From: an uncultured Actinomycetes bacterium
GTDB taxonomy: Bacteria; Actinomycetota; Actinomycetes; S36-B12; UBA10799
Assembly (NCBI GenBank): GCA_963752505.1
Contig: CAVVYM010000003.1
Location: 158,223 to 222,222 of the forward strand
DNA: 64,000 nt
Direction of reading: 5' to 3'
Below the pieces are notes generated by a model. That model saw only the letters and a program-made list of their open reading frames with translations. It was not told where the DNA came from and did not search any database. The translations under genes and the position numbers were made by a program. This document shows positions 10,732-20,764 of this stretch, in pieces. How positions within the stretch are numbered: the first letter of the stretch is position 1; each line of letters begins with the position of its first letter.

Positions 10732-11331
10732 CTACTGCGCGGCGGCGGGCGACTCGGCTGCGGTCGGCGACTCAGAAGCGGTCGCCGACGGGCTTGCGCT
10801 GGCCTCCGGGCTTGCGCTGGCCTCCGAACTTCCGATTTCGCGCTTCGACTGGGTCACGACGTCGCGGTAGGGGCCCTCGCCCGGCACCACGAGGACGGAA
10901 ACAGTCATTGAGCCGGCATCCCGGAATTCCAGCGTGGTGAGCAGGAACGGCGATGGGGAGTCGGGGACCTCGTCGACACTCGCGAAGGCCTCACCATTGA
11001 ATCCCACCCGCACGGGGAGTTGCGAGGCGATGTCAAGCGGCGAGCCGGTGAGTCCGGCGTCCCCACCGGGGTCGGCAGAGATGCTCAGCAGTTGGTCGGG
11101 TTGGCTGCCATCCTGGACGAGCATGGTTCCGCTGAAGTAGGCAGTTTCGGGGTTCTTGAGGTCACGGACCCACACCATGCCTCGCGCCTGCACGTTCCCC
11201 GCGTCGCCGCTTGCCACTTCGCCGCCCTGCTGCTGAGCGGTCGTTTGCGCCTGGTACCCGTTCCAGCACCCAGTCAGGGAGCCCATGAGAACTAGGCCAG
11301 TCACGCCAGCAGCAATACCTCGTCGGTGCAC
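10732..11331 (-). CDS. secreted lipoprotein, LpqE-like (by position next to carD)
   Basis: GTG 11331 is preceded by GGAGGA. Signal peptide with lipobox LTGC. The Ser/Ala/Pro-rich tail is encoded partly by an 18-bp tandem duplication (gggcttgcgctggcctcc x2, about 10793-10828). Confidence 0.7.
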   Translation of the reverse strand: MHRRGIAAGVTGLVLMGSLTGCWNGYQAQTTAQQQGGEVASGDAGNVQARGMVWVRDLKNPETAYFSGTMLVQDGSQPDQLLSISADPGGDAGLTGSPLDIASQLPVRVGFNGEAFASVDEVPDSPSPFLLTTLEFRDAGSMTVSVLVVPGEGPYRDVVTQSKREIGSSEASASPEASASPSATASESPTAAESPAAAQ

Positions 11332-11399
11332 GGTCGTCCTCCCGCTCGCGGCGCGGTGCGCCGGGTGGTTGCGAAGTGTTGGTCGCAAAGCCTAGCGGG

Positions 11400-12140
11400 T
11401 CAAGCGGCGGAAGTAGTTGCCTGTCCAAGTGTCGGCGCCAGCGACGTTGATCCATCCGCGTTTCGGGCCACATCGAGAACCACGCCGTCGGGCCCGACGG
11501 TGAGCAGTGTGAGACCGGTTGGGCGGAAATCGGCGAACGTGGTCACAGGGGCCAGCAGTGTGGCCGCGCTGGCGGGAGTTGCGAGCTCCTGGACGCCGGT
11601 GGGGTCGGTGCCTTCGCCAGCGACGAGGAATCGGAAGCCGGCCTCTTGGGCCTGCGCGGCGGCGCTGGCGATGCCCGCGGCGCATTCGGGGCACCCGGCG
11701 GTTGGTACCAGGGCAAAGACCGCAGGCCGGATGTCTCGCAGCAGCCGTGGCGATCCGTTGACGGCCACTGCCGCGGATGGCATCAGTCCGCCGACCACAC
11801 CTTCGTCAGCTACGTCGGCTGCGAGCGGGGCGGTCGCCACCGGGGCGTCCACCCGATTCACCGAAGCCAAGAGCAGGGTGCCCACCATGGCGGATACCGC
11901 TGCGACGATGAAGGCGAAGGGGACGACGCGTGACCCGAGGTGGCCGAACCAGGGCAGCCCGTCGCGCCATCTGCCCGGATGGTCACCTTGCTCGCCCTGA
12001 TCCGGGGCGTGCCGACTCTCGCCCCGGGCGGAGAGTTCGCCGTAGTAGCGCCAGCGGTCGGCGTCCAGCGACGAGGCATCGTCCGGGATGGCAATCCCGG
12101 CGAGGTCGTCTGGTTCCGAGTTGGCGGCCATGTCACGCAT
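11400..12140 (-). CDS. membrane-anchored hypothetical protein with a CPEC (CxxC) motif
   Basis: One hydrophobic segment (VVPFAFIVAAVSAMVGTLLLA) followed by an extracytoplasmic domain containing ALVPTAGCPECAAG. Start uncertain (12140, 12131 or 12209). Confidence 0.5.
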   Translation of the reverse strand: MRDMAANSEPDDLAGIAIPDDASSLDADRWRYYGELSARGESRHAPDQGEQGDHPGRWRDGLPWFGHLGSRVVPFAFIVAAVSAMVGTLLLASVNRVDAPVATAPLAADVADEGVVGGLMPSAAVAVNGSPRLLRDIRPAVFALVPTAGCPECAAGIASAAAQAQEAGFRFLVAGEGTDPTGVQELATPASAATLLAPVTTFADFRPTGLTLLTVGPDGVVLDVARNADGSTSLAPTLGQATTSAA

Positions 12141-12271
12141 TGTCGCCCCGCAACTTCGATGCCGCCAGTCCCTGGCTCGCATGAGGGCGTATCCAAGCAC
12201 GTCTTGCATGGTGATCTGCGTAACACCCCGGCGTGTTATTCTTGTGCAGCCAACGAAAGGGGCCCAAACCG

Positions 12272-12754
12272 ATGACTTTTTCAGTCGGCGACACCGTCGT
12301 TTATCCCCACCATGGGGCCGCGCTCATCGAATCTGTCGAAATGCGCGAGATCGGCGGCCAGGAACGAAAATACCTGGTCCTTCGGGTGGCGCAGGGTGAC
12401 CTCACCGTTCGGGTTCCGGCCGACAACGTCGACTTGGTGGGGGTTCGCGACGTGGTGAACCAGGAGGGTCTCGACCGGGTCTTCGAAGTTCTTCGACAGC
12501 CCTACACCGAGGAGCCGACCAACTGGTCGCGTCGGTACAAGGCCAACCTCGAGAAGTTGGCTTCCGGGGACGTGATCAAGGTCGCCGAGGTTGTGCGAGA
12601 CCTGTGGCGGCGGGATCAAGACCGAGGCCTGTCGGCGGGCGAGAAGCGCATGCTCTCCAAGGCTCGTCAGATTCTGGTCAGCGAACTGGCGCTCGCCGAG
12701 CACAAGGATGAAGACGAAGCCGAAACGATCCTCGACGAGGTTCTTGCCTCATAG
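12272..12754 (+). CDS. carD: RNA polymerase-binding transcription factor CarD
   Basis: [20 protein letters not shown]...[18 protein letters not shown]...[22 protein letters not shown] is near-identical in pattern to mycobacterial CarD. Confidence 0.95.
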   Translation: MTFSVGDTVVYPHHGAALIESVEMREIGGQERKYLVLRVAQGDLTVRVPADNVDLVGVRDVVNQEGLDRVFEVLRQPYTEEPTNWSRRYKANLEKLASGDVIKVAEVVRDLWRRDQDRGLSAGEKRMLSKARQILVSELALAEHKDEDEAETILDEVLAS

Positions 12755-12791
12755 CGCGATCCGCTTCGCACCGAACAGCTGATTCACCGCC

Positions 12792-13493
12792 ATGAAGTGT
12801 GCTGCCCTCGTGGCTGCAGGCGGCCTCGGGCTGCGCCTGGGCGCAGGTGAGCCAAAAGGTCTGAGGCGACTCGGAGACCTCCCACTTGTGGGCCACGCGG
12901 TTCGCCGGATGGCGGCGGTGGCGGCCGTCGACGAGGTTGTCGTGGCAGCACCTCAGACTCACCTCGACGAGGTGGTCGCCGCGGTTGACGCTGCGGGCGT
13001 CTCGTCGAAAGCCACCATCACCGTCATCGCCGGTGGGGTGCTGCGACAGGATTCAGTGCGCTTGATGCTCGGTGCAGTCGGTGGGGACGTCACACACGTG
13101 CTGGTCCATGATGCAGCCCGTTCACTGGCTCCGGCTGGCGTGGGTGACCTGGTGGTACACGCCATGAACCAGGGCAACCCCGCAGTGATACCCGTGCTCC
13201 CAGTGGTCGACACCGTGGCGCGGGTTGCAGGCGACGAGGTGGTCGGGCACGTGCCGCGAGCCGAACTGGCATTGGTGCAGACACCGCAAGGGTTCCAGCG
13301 CTCTCTCCTGGAGCGAGCGCATCGCGAGTCCCCACCGGACTTCGAGGCCACCGACGATGCATCGCTGGTCATGCGATTGGGGGAGAAGGTGGTCACCGTA
13401 GCCGGGGATCCACGGGCCATGAAGATCACGACGCCGAGCGACTTCGTGGTGGCCCAAGCTTGGTTGGAGGACGAGAGATGCAGCTGCCCGTAG
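12792..13493 (+). CDS. ispD: 2-C-methyl-D-erythritol 4-phosphate cytidylyltransferase
   Basis: 233 aa with [14 protein letters not shown] and VLVHDAAR motifs, in the carD-ispD-ispF-cysS order. Confidence 0.9.
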   Translation: MKCAALVAAGGLGLRLGAGEPKGLRRLGDLPLVGHAVRRMAAVAAVDEVVVAAPQTHLDEVVAAVDAAGVSSKATITVIAGGVLRQDSVRLMLGAVGGDVTHVLVHDAARSLAPAGVGDLVVHAMNQGNPAVIPVLPVVDTVARVAGDEVVGHVPRAELALVQTPQGFQRSLLERAHRESPPDFEATDDASLVMRLGEKVVTVAGDPRAMKITTPSDFVVAQAWLEDERCSCP

Positions 13494-13954
13494 TCGGCAT
13501 AGGCACAGATGTCCACCCTTTCGCCCCGGGACGACGGCTGATGCTGGCATGTCTGGAGTGGCCCGGTGAGGTGGGCCTCGCCGGTCACAGCGACGCCGAT
13601 GTGGCGGCGCACGCAATGTGCGACGCGCTCTTCTCTGCCGCTGGTCTGGGGGACTTGGGCAGCAACTTCGGCACCGCGGAACCCGAATGGTCAGGGGCAA
13701 GCGGCGCGGCGCTGGTGACCGAAACCGTGCGCCGCGTTCGGAGCGCAGGGTGGGCGATCGGCAACGTGGCCGTCCAGATCATCGGTAACTCCCCGCGAGT
13801 CGGGCCCCGGCGGAGTGAAGCGGAAACTGTTCTGGCCCAACTCGTCGGGGCCCCGGTGAGGGTGTCGGCCACCTCAACCGATGGTCTGGGATTCACCGGC
13901 CGGGGCGAGGGCATCGCCGCGATCGCTACCGCGCTGGTGGTGGCTACGCACTAG
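13478..13954 (+). CDS. ispF: 2-C-methyl-D-erythritol 2,4-cyclodiphosphate synthase
   Basis: ATG 13478 gives [23 protein letters not shown] (zinc/active-site motifs). Overlaps the ispD end. Confidence 0.9.
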   Translation: MQLPVVGIGTDVHPFAPGRRLMLACLEWPGEVGLAGHSDADVAAHAMCDALFSAAGLGDLGSNFGTAEPEWSGASGAALVTETVRRVRSAGWAIGNVAVQIIGNSPRVGPRRSEAETVLAQLVGAPVRVSATSTDGLGFTGRGEGIAAIATALVVATH

Positions 13955-13964
13955 CCTTAGCACC

Positions 13965-15365
13965 GTGAGCCTGCGCCTATACGACACCGCGACCCGCAGT
14001 GTGCGGGAGTTCGTTCCGATTCAGCCGGGTCATGCGACCGTCTATGTCTGCGGTGCGACTGTGCAGGGGCCGCCACACGTGGGTCATGTTCGCAGCGGGG
14101 TGGTTTTCGACGTGCTGGGCCGTTGGCTCCAGGCCAACGGCACCGCGGTGACGATGTGCCGCAACGTCACCGATATCGACGACAAGATCCTGGCTAAGTC
14201 CATCGAAGAGGAACGCCCCTGGTGGGCGGTGGCAACCGACTATGAGCACGCCTTCGCCGACGCCTACGACGTGCTCGGCTGCGAGCGGCCGACCGTTGAG
14301 CCACGGGCGACCGGGCACATCCCGCAGATCATTGCGCTCATCGAGCGGCTCGTTGCCACCGGGCATGCCTACGCAGCCGATGGTGATGTCTACTTCGCCG
14401 TCCGGTCCTTCGGGCGATACGGGCAGCTCAGCGGTCAGCGAATCGACGAGATGCTGCCCACTGGTGAGGCCGAAACGGCCTCACCCAAGCGTGATCCGCG
14501 CGACTTCGCGCTGTGGAAGTCTGCGAAACCCGGTGAGCCTGCCTGGGACACACCGTGGGGCCCCGGCCGACCCGGCTGGCACATCGAGTGTTCCGCCATG
14601 GCCACGACCTACCTGGGTCCGGAGTTCGACATTCACGGTGGTGGGCTGGATCTCGTCTTCCCCCACCACGAGAACGAGATCGCGCAGTCGCAGGGGGCCG
14701 GGGACGGATTCGCGAGGTACTGGTTGCACAACGCCTGGGTCACGACTGCCGGCGAGAAGATGAGCAAGTCGCTGGGCAACTCGTTGTTCGTGGCGGAGGT
14801 GGTGCAGCGTGTGCGCCCGGTGGAGTTGCGGTGGTATCTGGCAAGCGCCCACTACCGCAGCACACTCGAGTTCTCGGACGACTCGCTCGCCGAGTCGGCG
14901 GCGGGATACCGGCGGCTGGAATCCTTCGTCAAGCGCGCGGTCGAGGTGGTCGGGGAGCCCGAGACGACGCCGGCCGCCGTGCCGGTCGGGTTCGCAGCCG
15001 CGATGGATGACGACCTGAATGTGCCGGCGGCGCTGGCCGTGGCGCACGAATCGGTGACCCTGGGCAACCAGGCCCTGGCAGACGGCGACGACGTTGCTGT
15101 GGCCGCCCGAGCGCGCGAGGTGCGCGCCATGTTGGCGGTGCTCGGAGTCGACCCGCTGGCTTCGCCGTGGGCGGATGCGGAGTCGCAGGCCGCCGAGCAC
15201 GCAGCGATCGCGTCGCTGGTGGCCGGCCTGCTGCAGTTGCGCACAGACGCCCGGGCGGCCAAGGACTTCGGGACCGCCGACGCGATCCGCGACAGCCTCG
15301 CCGACGCCGGGATCGTCGTTGAAGATACCCCACGCGGCCCCCGATGGACTTTGGAGCACACCTGA
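13965..15365 (+). CDS. cysS: cysteine--tRNA ligase
   Basis: GTG 13965 gives [20 protein letters not shown]-type motif (PHVGH), KMSKS present, and the zinc-site region WHIECS. Confidence 0.9.
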   Translation: MSLRLYDTATRSVREFVPIQPGHATVYVCGATVQGPPHVGHVRSGVVFDVLGRWLQANGTAVTMCRNVTDIDDKILAKSIEEERPWWAVATDYEHAFADAYDVLGCERPTVEPRATGHIPQIIALIERLVATGHAYAADGDVYFAVRSFGRYGQLSGQRIDEMLPTGEAETASPKRDPRDFALWKSAKPGEPAWDTPWGPGRPGWHIECSAMATTYLGPEFDIHGGGLDLVFPHHENEIAQSQGAGDGFARYWLHNAWVTTAGEKMSKSLGNSLFVAEVVQRVRPVELRWYLASAHYRSTLEFSDDSLAESAAGYRRLESFVKRAVEVVGEPETTPAAVPVGFAAAMDDDLNVPAALAVAHESVTLGNQALADGDDVAVAARAREVRAMLAVLGVDPLASPWADAESQAAEHAAIASLVAGLLQLRTDARAAKDFGTADAIRDSLADAGIVVEDTPRGPRWTLEHT

Positions 15366-16336
15366 TGGCAGGCAATTCGCAGCGTCGGGGAGCTACCCGC
15401 AAACCCGGATCCAAGAAGGGTGCTTCGACCGGCTCGGGCGGACAACGGCGCCAAGGTCTGGAAGGCAAGGGACCCACGCCCAAGGCAGCCGAACGTGTCA
15501 GCCACCCCGCATCGAAGCGCGCCCGCGCGGCGGAGAGCGCCGCCGACAACAGCGGACGCGGCAGATCGCCACGTCGCAGTGCTGTGCCCGAGGACACGGT
15601 GGTGGGTCGCAATCCGGTGGTCGAGGCGCTGCGGGCGGCCGTCCCGGCAACGGAGTTGATGGTCGCGGCTGGCATCGATGCCGACGATCGGGTGGCCGAA
15701 GCAGTCGCGAAGGCCACCGAAGCCGGGGTACCCGTGCAGGAGCGCCCCAAGCGGGACCTGGATCGAGCAGCGGGCGAGGCGAACCACCAAGGGTTGGTGC
15801 TGCGCACCGAGCCCTTCAACTACCTCGAACCTGAGGACCTCTTCGAACGCGCCCTGATGCACTCCGCGCAGCCGGTGGTCGTTGCGCTGGACGGCATCAC
15901 CGATCCACACAACCTAGGGGCCATTGCCAGATCCGCGTTGGCCTTCGCCGCAGCCGGGATCATGGTGCCGTCGAGGCGCTCGGCCGGTGTGACGGCAACG
16001 GCGTGGCGTTCTTCCGCGGGCGCCTTTGCCCGGCTGCCCACAGCGCGGGCCACGAATCTTGCCCGGGCAGTCGGCCAAGCCCAGAGCGCCGGCTTCTTCG
16101 TGGTGACCCTCGATGGTGCTGCCGAGCACAGCATCGCTGAAGCGGCCGCGCACTTCGCCGACGTGCCGGTGCTGGTGGTGGTGGGGTCGGAGGGAAGCGG
16201 AGTGAGTCGAATCATCACCGATCGCGCCGACCAGAACGCGCGCATCGAGATGCCCGGCCGGGCCGAGTCGCTCAATGCATCCGTCGCGGCCGGTATTGCG
16301 CTCTATGCCTTGGCGGCATCCCGCCGAGAGGTGTAG
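15365..16336 (+). CDS. rlmB: 23S rRNA (guanosine-2'-O)-methyltransferase, SpoU/TrmH family
   Basis: ATG overlaps the cysS stop (ATGA). Basic N-terminal tail, then GRNPVVEAL and C-terminal SpoU motifs (GSEGSGVS, SLNASVAAGIALY). Confidence 0.85.
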   Translation: MAGNSQRRGATRKPGSKKGASTGSGGQRRQGLEGKGPTPKAAERVSHPASKRARAAESAADNSGRGRSPRRSAVPEDTVVGRNPVVEALRAAVPATELMVAAGIDADDRVAEAVAKATEAGVPVQERPKRDLDRAAGEANHQGLVLRTEPFNYLEPEDLFERALMHSAQPVVVALDGITDPHNLGAIARSALAFAAAGIMVPSRRSAGVTATAWRSSAGAFARLPTARATNLARAVGQAQSAGFFVVTLDGAAEHSIAEAAAHFADVPVLVVVGSEGSGVSRIITDRADQNARIEMPGRAESLNASVAAGIALYALAASRREV

Positions 16337-16475
16337 AGGCGCTCGCCGGGAGGCGTGGTTGTGCGCACCAACCGGACTAACGACGTCCTGAGTCGGGCAG
16401 ACCGGCGTACGCTGGAAGTAGGTGCGACAGAGAGGTTTTGTCGACGCGTGGTTTCCAACCGGGCGGAGGTGCACC

Positions 16476-19163
16476 ATGGAAACCGAAGCAGGGGCGCCGC
16501 CACACGTGTGGTGCCCGGGGTGCGGCACGGTGATCACACAGCGCGGTGAGGGCATCGCCACCTGCGCGGCATGTGGAGTTTCGTTCGACGTCAGGTTGGC
16601 GGTGCAGGCGAGCGAGCAATGGTGCCGAAAGACGCAACTGGACAGCAGCGTTGCGGTGCTTGACCAGTCGATCGACGATATGAACCGGCGCAGGCGCAGT
16701 TCACTCGCGCTGGCCGAGGCCGCCGATGCGCGAGCCGGGCAGTTGAGAGGCGAGGCTTTGGCTGTGGCAGTGCGGCTACAACCACCCGTGGCCACCGCTG
16801 CCGGGACTGCCTCCGACGTACCCGCCGCGATGGCCCCCAGACGATCGACCCATCCGCCGGTCGCGTTCCTGCTTCAAGGCACCGGGGCGGTGCTCGTCCT
16901 GGCTGCGCTGGTGGCGGTGTCCGCGGTGCTGTGGGGTTCGCTGTCCGGGGGCATGCAGGTGGCACTGCTGTCCTCGGCCGTATTCGTCATCGGAGTTCTC
17001 GCAGTACTCACCAGGCGACCTGTGCCGACCACGAGCACCGTACTGGCGGCGCTCACCTTGGCTGCCCTGGTGGTGGTACTGGTAGCTGCGCCCTCGTTGA
17101 TCGACAGTTGGCAGTCGCAGTTGTACGTGGGGGCAGCAGCGGCGGTCTTCACCACCGCGGCCCTCGCGGGTGGATTCGCCACCCGTGTGCGGCTGTGGTG
17201 GTTCGCCGGTATCGCTTCGATCCCGATCACGGTGCTGCTGGCAGTGCTCTCGGTGACTGCCACCTCGCAGCAACTGGCTGATTCGCGGTGGAACCTCACC
17301 CTCATCGTCGCCTTCGTCATGCCCGTCGCGGTTGGGTTGGCCTGGTGGTCGGCCCGGACTGTTGATCGTGACCAAGGCACAGCGCGGACTGCGTGGTGGG
17401 CAGCCATCGTGACGGTCGTCGTGGGCTGGTTGGTGGCCCTGGCCGCAGTGGCGAGCGTGCTGGTGGTGTTCGCTTTCGAACCGGCTGTCGACCGGTTGCC
17501 GCCCTTGATCGAAATGCTCCTCATCGGCGCGGCCACATTGGCGCTCTGGTATCCCGGAAACGCCACACGCTTGTGGCGCGGGGGTGCCCTTCGAGTGATC
17601 GGTGCCATCTGGGTGGCTGCGGCCGCAAGCACCGCATTCATGGTGAGCCCCCCGTCTGTCATTGCGGCGATCGCGGTCGGAGCGAGCGCTGCGGCCGTGG
17701 TGGGAGTTGGACTCTTTGTCAGCGATCGACTCGGCTCGTGGCGCACGACCGTGCTCGCCGGTGTGGGGACCTTCGCAGCACTGCTGTGGGTGGCGCAGGC
17801 GTGGGCGGCCATCGACAGCCAGATCCAAGCTGTCGTGGTCTCGGAGTTCGAGTGGATGTGGCTCGCGGCCCTTGTGTTCGGGTTGCTCGTCGCCGTGCTG
17901 CTGCTCGCGAAGGGGCTCTGGCAGCGCGTGCCCGCTTTGATTGTGGTGGGCATCCCGGTCGCGGCGAGCGCCTGGTGGCTGGGCTACGCGACCGGACTCG
18001 CGGACCGCTACTCGGGTGACCTCGCCTACCTGCCGGCGGCCTGGATCGAGTTCATGTGGTGGCCGGCTGCCGCCGTGGCCCTAGCGGTGCTGCTGGTGGC
18101 CCGCCGACGCGGGATGTTCGCGAGAGCCTCGATGCCGGGGGCGGTGGTGATCGCCGTGACGCCGTCCTGGATTGCGGCGCTCGGCTTCGCGCTTGTTCAG
18201 GCACCGACGGTCGACGCCGTCACGTTCCGCACCCTCGTCGTGATCTCGATCCTTGCTCTGGTGACAGCTCTGATGCCACGCAGCCAGGTAGCGTCCTCCG
18301 CGGTGGTGCTGGGAATGGCAGCGCTCATTCCGTGGCTGGTGTGGACGCTGGAGTTCGCGGCTGAGGCACTCGAGCTGCCGGAGGTCTTGAGCGTGCCAAC
18401 GGCCGTCATCGCCGCCGTTCTGATCGCCTGGGTGAAGGAGCCTCGAGCGTCGGTCGGACAGTGGTGGCCTGTGGTGCGATGGCCACTGCTCGGCGTGGCC
18501 GGGGTCGCGGCAGCGTGGGCGATCGCCGATCCACTGCCGGGCGGTGAACCAGTTGCCCAGATTCGGGTGGTTGCGGTGGTGCTGGCGGCCGTGGTCGTGC
18601 TAGCGCTGAACTGGAAGTCGAGTCCTCGGGTAGCGATGGTCGCGGGTTGGGTCGGGTTGGCGGTCGCCTGGGTCAACTGGCTGGACTGGGTGCCGACTGA
18701 CGCGCAGTGGGCCTTGGAACTCCGGACGCTTCCGAGTGCCGCCGCCCTCGCCGGTGTGATCGGTCTCTGGGTTCATGCCCGACGGGCCATGCCGAATTCC
18801 CGACCGTTGTCCAGTTGGCTCACCTTCGCACCACCGGTACTTGTTGCCCTCATCCCCACCGCTGTCGCGGCCGTGGTCGACCTTGCACTCGACGAATCCC
18901 TCGTCAGATTCTGGCTGGTGGTGGTGGCTGGCGGTGCATTTGTCGCCGTGGGTGCAATCAGGCGGTTGGCGGGGCTGCTGGCACCGAGTCTGTTGGCGCT
19001 CGTGATCGTGGTGGCGCCGGTGTTGCTCGATGTGATTCAGTCGTTGCCCATCTGGGTGCCGTTGGCGCTGGTGGGTGTCGCGCTCCTGGGCATCGGGGCT
19101 CGCTTCGAGCACGTTCGACGCTCCGGGCACGACCTGGCTGGATGGATAGCCCACCTGCACTAG
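16476..19163 (+). CDS. zinc-ribbon-fronted polytopic membrane protein (resembles the SCO7613-type actinobacterial family, function unknown)
   Basis: ATG 16476 is preceded by GGAGG. N-terminus has CPGC...CAAC, then a charged linker, then about 750 aa of nearly continuous hydrophobic segments (well over 15 predicted TM helices). Confidence 0.75.
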   Translation: METEAGAPPHVWCPGCGTVITQRGEGIATCAACGVSFDVRLAVQASEQWCRKTQLDSSVAVLDQSIDDMNRRRRSSLALAEAADARAGQLRGEALAVAVRLQPPVATAAGTASDVPAAMAPRRSTHPPVAFLLQGTGAVLVLAALVAVSAVLWGSLSGGMQVALLSSAVFVIGVLAVLTRRPVPTTSTVLAALTLAALVVVLVAAPSLIDSWQSQLYVGAAAAVFTTAALAGGFATRVRLWWFAGIASIPITVLLAVLSVTATSQQLADSRWNLTLIVAFVMPVAVGLAWWSARTVDRDQGTARTAWWAAIVTVVVGWLVALAAVASVLVVFAFEPAVDRLPPLIEMLLIGAATLALWYPGNATRLWRGGALRVIGAIWVAAAASTAFMVSPPSVIAAIAVGASAAAVVGVGLFVSDRLGSWRTTVLAGVGTFAALLWVAQAWAAIDSQIQAVVVSEFEWMWLAALVFGLLVAVLLLAKGLWQRVPALIVVGIPVAASAWWLGYATGLADRYSGDLAYLPAAWIEFMWWPAAAVALAVLLVARRRGMFARASMPGAVVIAVTPSWIAALGFALVQAPTVDAVTFRTLVVISILALVTALMPRSQVASSAVVLGMAALIPWLVWTLEFAAEALELPEVLSVPTAVIAAVLIAWVKEPRASVGQWWPVVRWPLLGVAGVAAAWAIADPLPGGEPVAQIRVVAVVLAAVVVLALNWKSSPRVAMVAGWVGLAVAWVNWLDWVPTDAQWALELRTLPSAAALAGVIGLWVHARRAMPNSRPLSSWLTFAPPVLVALIPTAVAAVVDLALDESLVRFWLVVVAGGAFVAVGAIRRLAGLLAPSLLALVIVVAPVLLDVIQSLPIWVPLALVGVALLGIGARFEHVRRSGHDLAGWIAHLH

Positions 19164-19288
19164 TTGCGCCGAAACCGCCCTATCGTCCGAATGGTGGCGA
19201 GGGGATGGACTCTGCGGATCTTGTGGCCGGGTGCCGTGAGGCGTAGTTTGGCAGTCGATCGCGACGAATCACGGTTGGGAGCAGCACC

Positions 19289-20068
19289 ATGCGGTACCCC
19301 GAAGGTTTGTTTGGCTGGGTAGATCTGGTGTCCACGGACGTGGACCGGGCAAAGGAGTTCTACGCCGGGCTCTTCGGCTGGTCCGCGCACGACGAACCCA
19401 TGCCAGGGGGCTTGGCCTACACGCAGTTCCTGCTCGACGGCGCCAAGGTGGCCGGCTTGGGCCCGGTGCCGCCCGACATGGCGGCCGCGGGCATGCCCAG
19501 CGCCTGGAATTCGTACGTGCTCGTGTCCGACGTTGAGGCCACCGTTGAACGCGCGGTCGCTGCTGGCGGCACCGTGGTGATGCCAGCCATGACCGTCATG
19601 GAACACGGTCGGATGGCCATGGTCGCCGACCCCGGCGGTGCTGTCGTGGGCCTTTGGCAGCCCGGCGCGCATGAGGGCGCGGACGTCTTCAACGTGCCCG
19701 GATCGTTGACGTGGAATGAACTGCAGTGCTGGGACGTGGCGAAGGTGAAGCCGTTCTACGCCGCCACCTTCGGCTGGGAGTTCGAGCCGGGCCCGCAGCC
19801 CGGGTACGAGATGTGCATGCTTGCCGCAAAGGAGGGCGACGACAAGTCGAATGGTGGCCTGCTCACGATGCCCCCCGGAGTCCCTTCCGAGATGCCGAGT
19901 TTCTGGCTGACGTACTTTGCCGTGGTCGATTGCGATGCGTCAATGCAGGCCGCCCAAGACCTCGGTGCGACGGTGATGTTCGAGGCTATGGAGATGGGGC
20001 CAGGCAAATTCGGCGGACTCATGGATCCGACCGGGGCGGGTTTCGCCATCGGCAGTTTCGGCGGCTGA
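19289..20068 (+). CDS. VOC (glyoxalase/bleomycin-resistance fold) family protein, two-domain
   Basis: 259 aa. The repeated module (F)GWVDL...A..FY..LFGW and WNEL...FYAATFGW is typical of tandem VOC domains. Confidence 0.8.
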   Translation: MRYPEGLFGWVDLVSTDVDRAKEFYAGLFGWSAHDEPMPGGLAYTQFLLDGAKVAGLGPVPPDMAAAGMPSAWNSYVLVSDVEATVERAVAAGGTVVMPAMTVMEHGRMAMVADPGGAVVGLWQPGAHEGADVFNVPGSLTWNELQCWDVAKVKPFYAATFGWEFEPGPQPGYEMCMLAAKEGDDKSNGGLLTMPPGVPSEMPSFWLTYFAVVDCDASMQAAQDLGATVMFEAMEMGPGKFGGLMDPTGAGFAIGSFGG

Positions 20069-20105
20069 CACCGCCGCGTCTCAATGCACTCGATCTCACT
20101 GCAGA

Positions 20106-20729
20106 TCACCTTCCCCCCGTCGGGGTTCTACGGATCCCTTCGCTGGCCAGTTCGAGGTCGGCCAGGGCTGTGATCACGCCAGGATCCCCACGGCGCCACG
20201 CGGCAGCTGGATCGGGGTCGATGCGCATGAGGGCGCTGATGGGCTGCCGTGAAAGGGCCCGCAGTGCGAACAGGTCGACGTCGTCGGCGACGTTCAGGTA
20301 GCGCTCGGCCGCTGTCGCGCGGCTGATGAATCTCAGCCGCAGTGGCAGCCAGACCGCGAGCAGCACCGAGATCGCCAGGAACGCCAACGCCAGCGGCAGG
20401 AACAGGGCCAAACGTTCAACCACTTCTTGCTGACCACGACCGGCATCCGCAAGCGACTGCCCGGCAGCACTCACCCGATCGAACGGTTCCCGAATCTCGT
20501 CGCCAACGAAAGGCAACCCACCTACCGCCTGCCCGGCCGTGGCCATGTTGTCGGTGAGCGAATCACCAACCTCCGCCAGGGTTTCGCCGGGTGCTGCTAG
20601 CGGGACGATCAGCGCGTTGAGGCGGATCGCCAACCAGATCCACAGCCCGCACCACAGCACGAAGAGCAGGTCAGCGGCGATCTGGCGGGTACGACGGCTA
20701 CCGGTGTCGGCATAGATTTTCAGGGCCAT
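20106..20729 (-). CDS. hypothetical membrane protein
   Basis: 207 aa with two clear hydrophobic segments. No family recognised. Confidence 0.55.
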   Translation of the reverse strand: MALKIYADTGSRRTRQIAADLLFVLWCGLWIWLAIRLNALIVPLAAPGETLAEVGDSLTDNMATAGQAVGGLPFVGDEIREPFDRVSAAGQSLADAGRGQQEVVERLALFLPLALAFLAISVLLAVWLPLRLRFISRATAAERYLNVADDVDLFALRALSRQPISALMRIDPDPAAAWRRGDPGVITALADLELASEGIRRTPTGGR

Positions 20730-20764
20730 GGCATCAATACTGCCGCCTGCAATAGTGTTGCCGC

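Noticed and set aside
16776-17953. 350- and 359-aa minus-strand ORFs inside 16476..19163
   Set aside because: They are antisense to the polytopic membrane gene. Their composition (Arg/His/Gly or Ala/Thr/Ser runs) is what antisense of Ala/Leu/Val-rich TM coding sequence produces.
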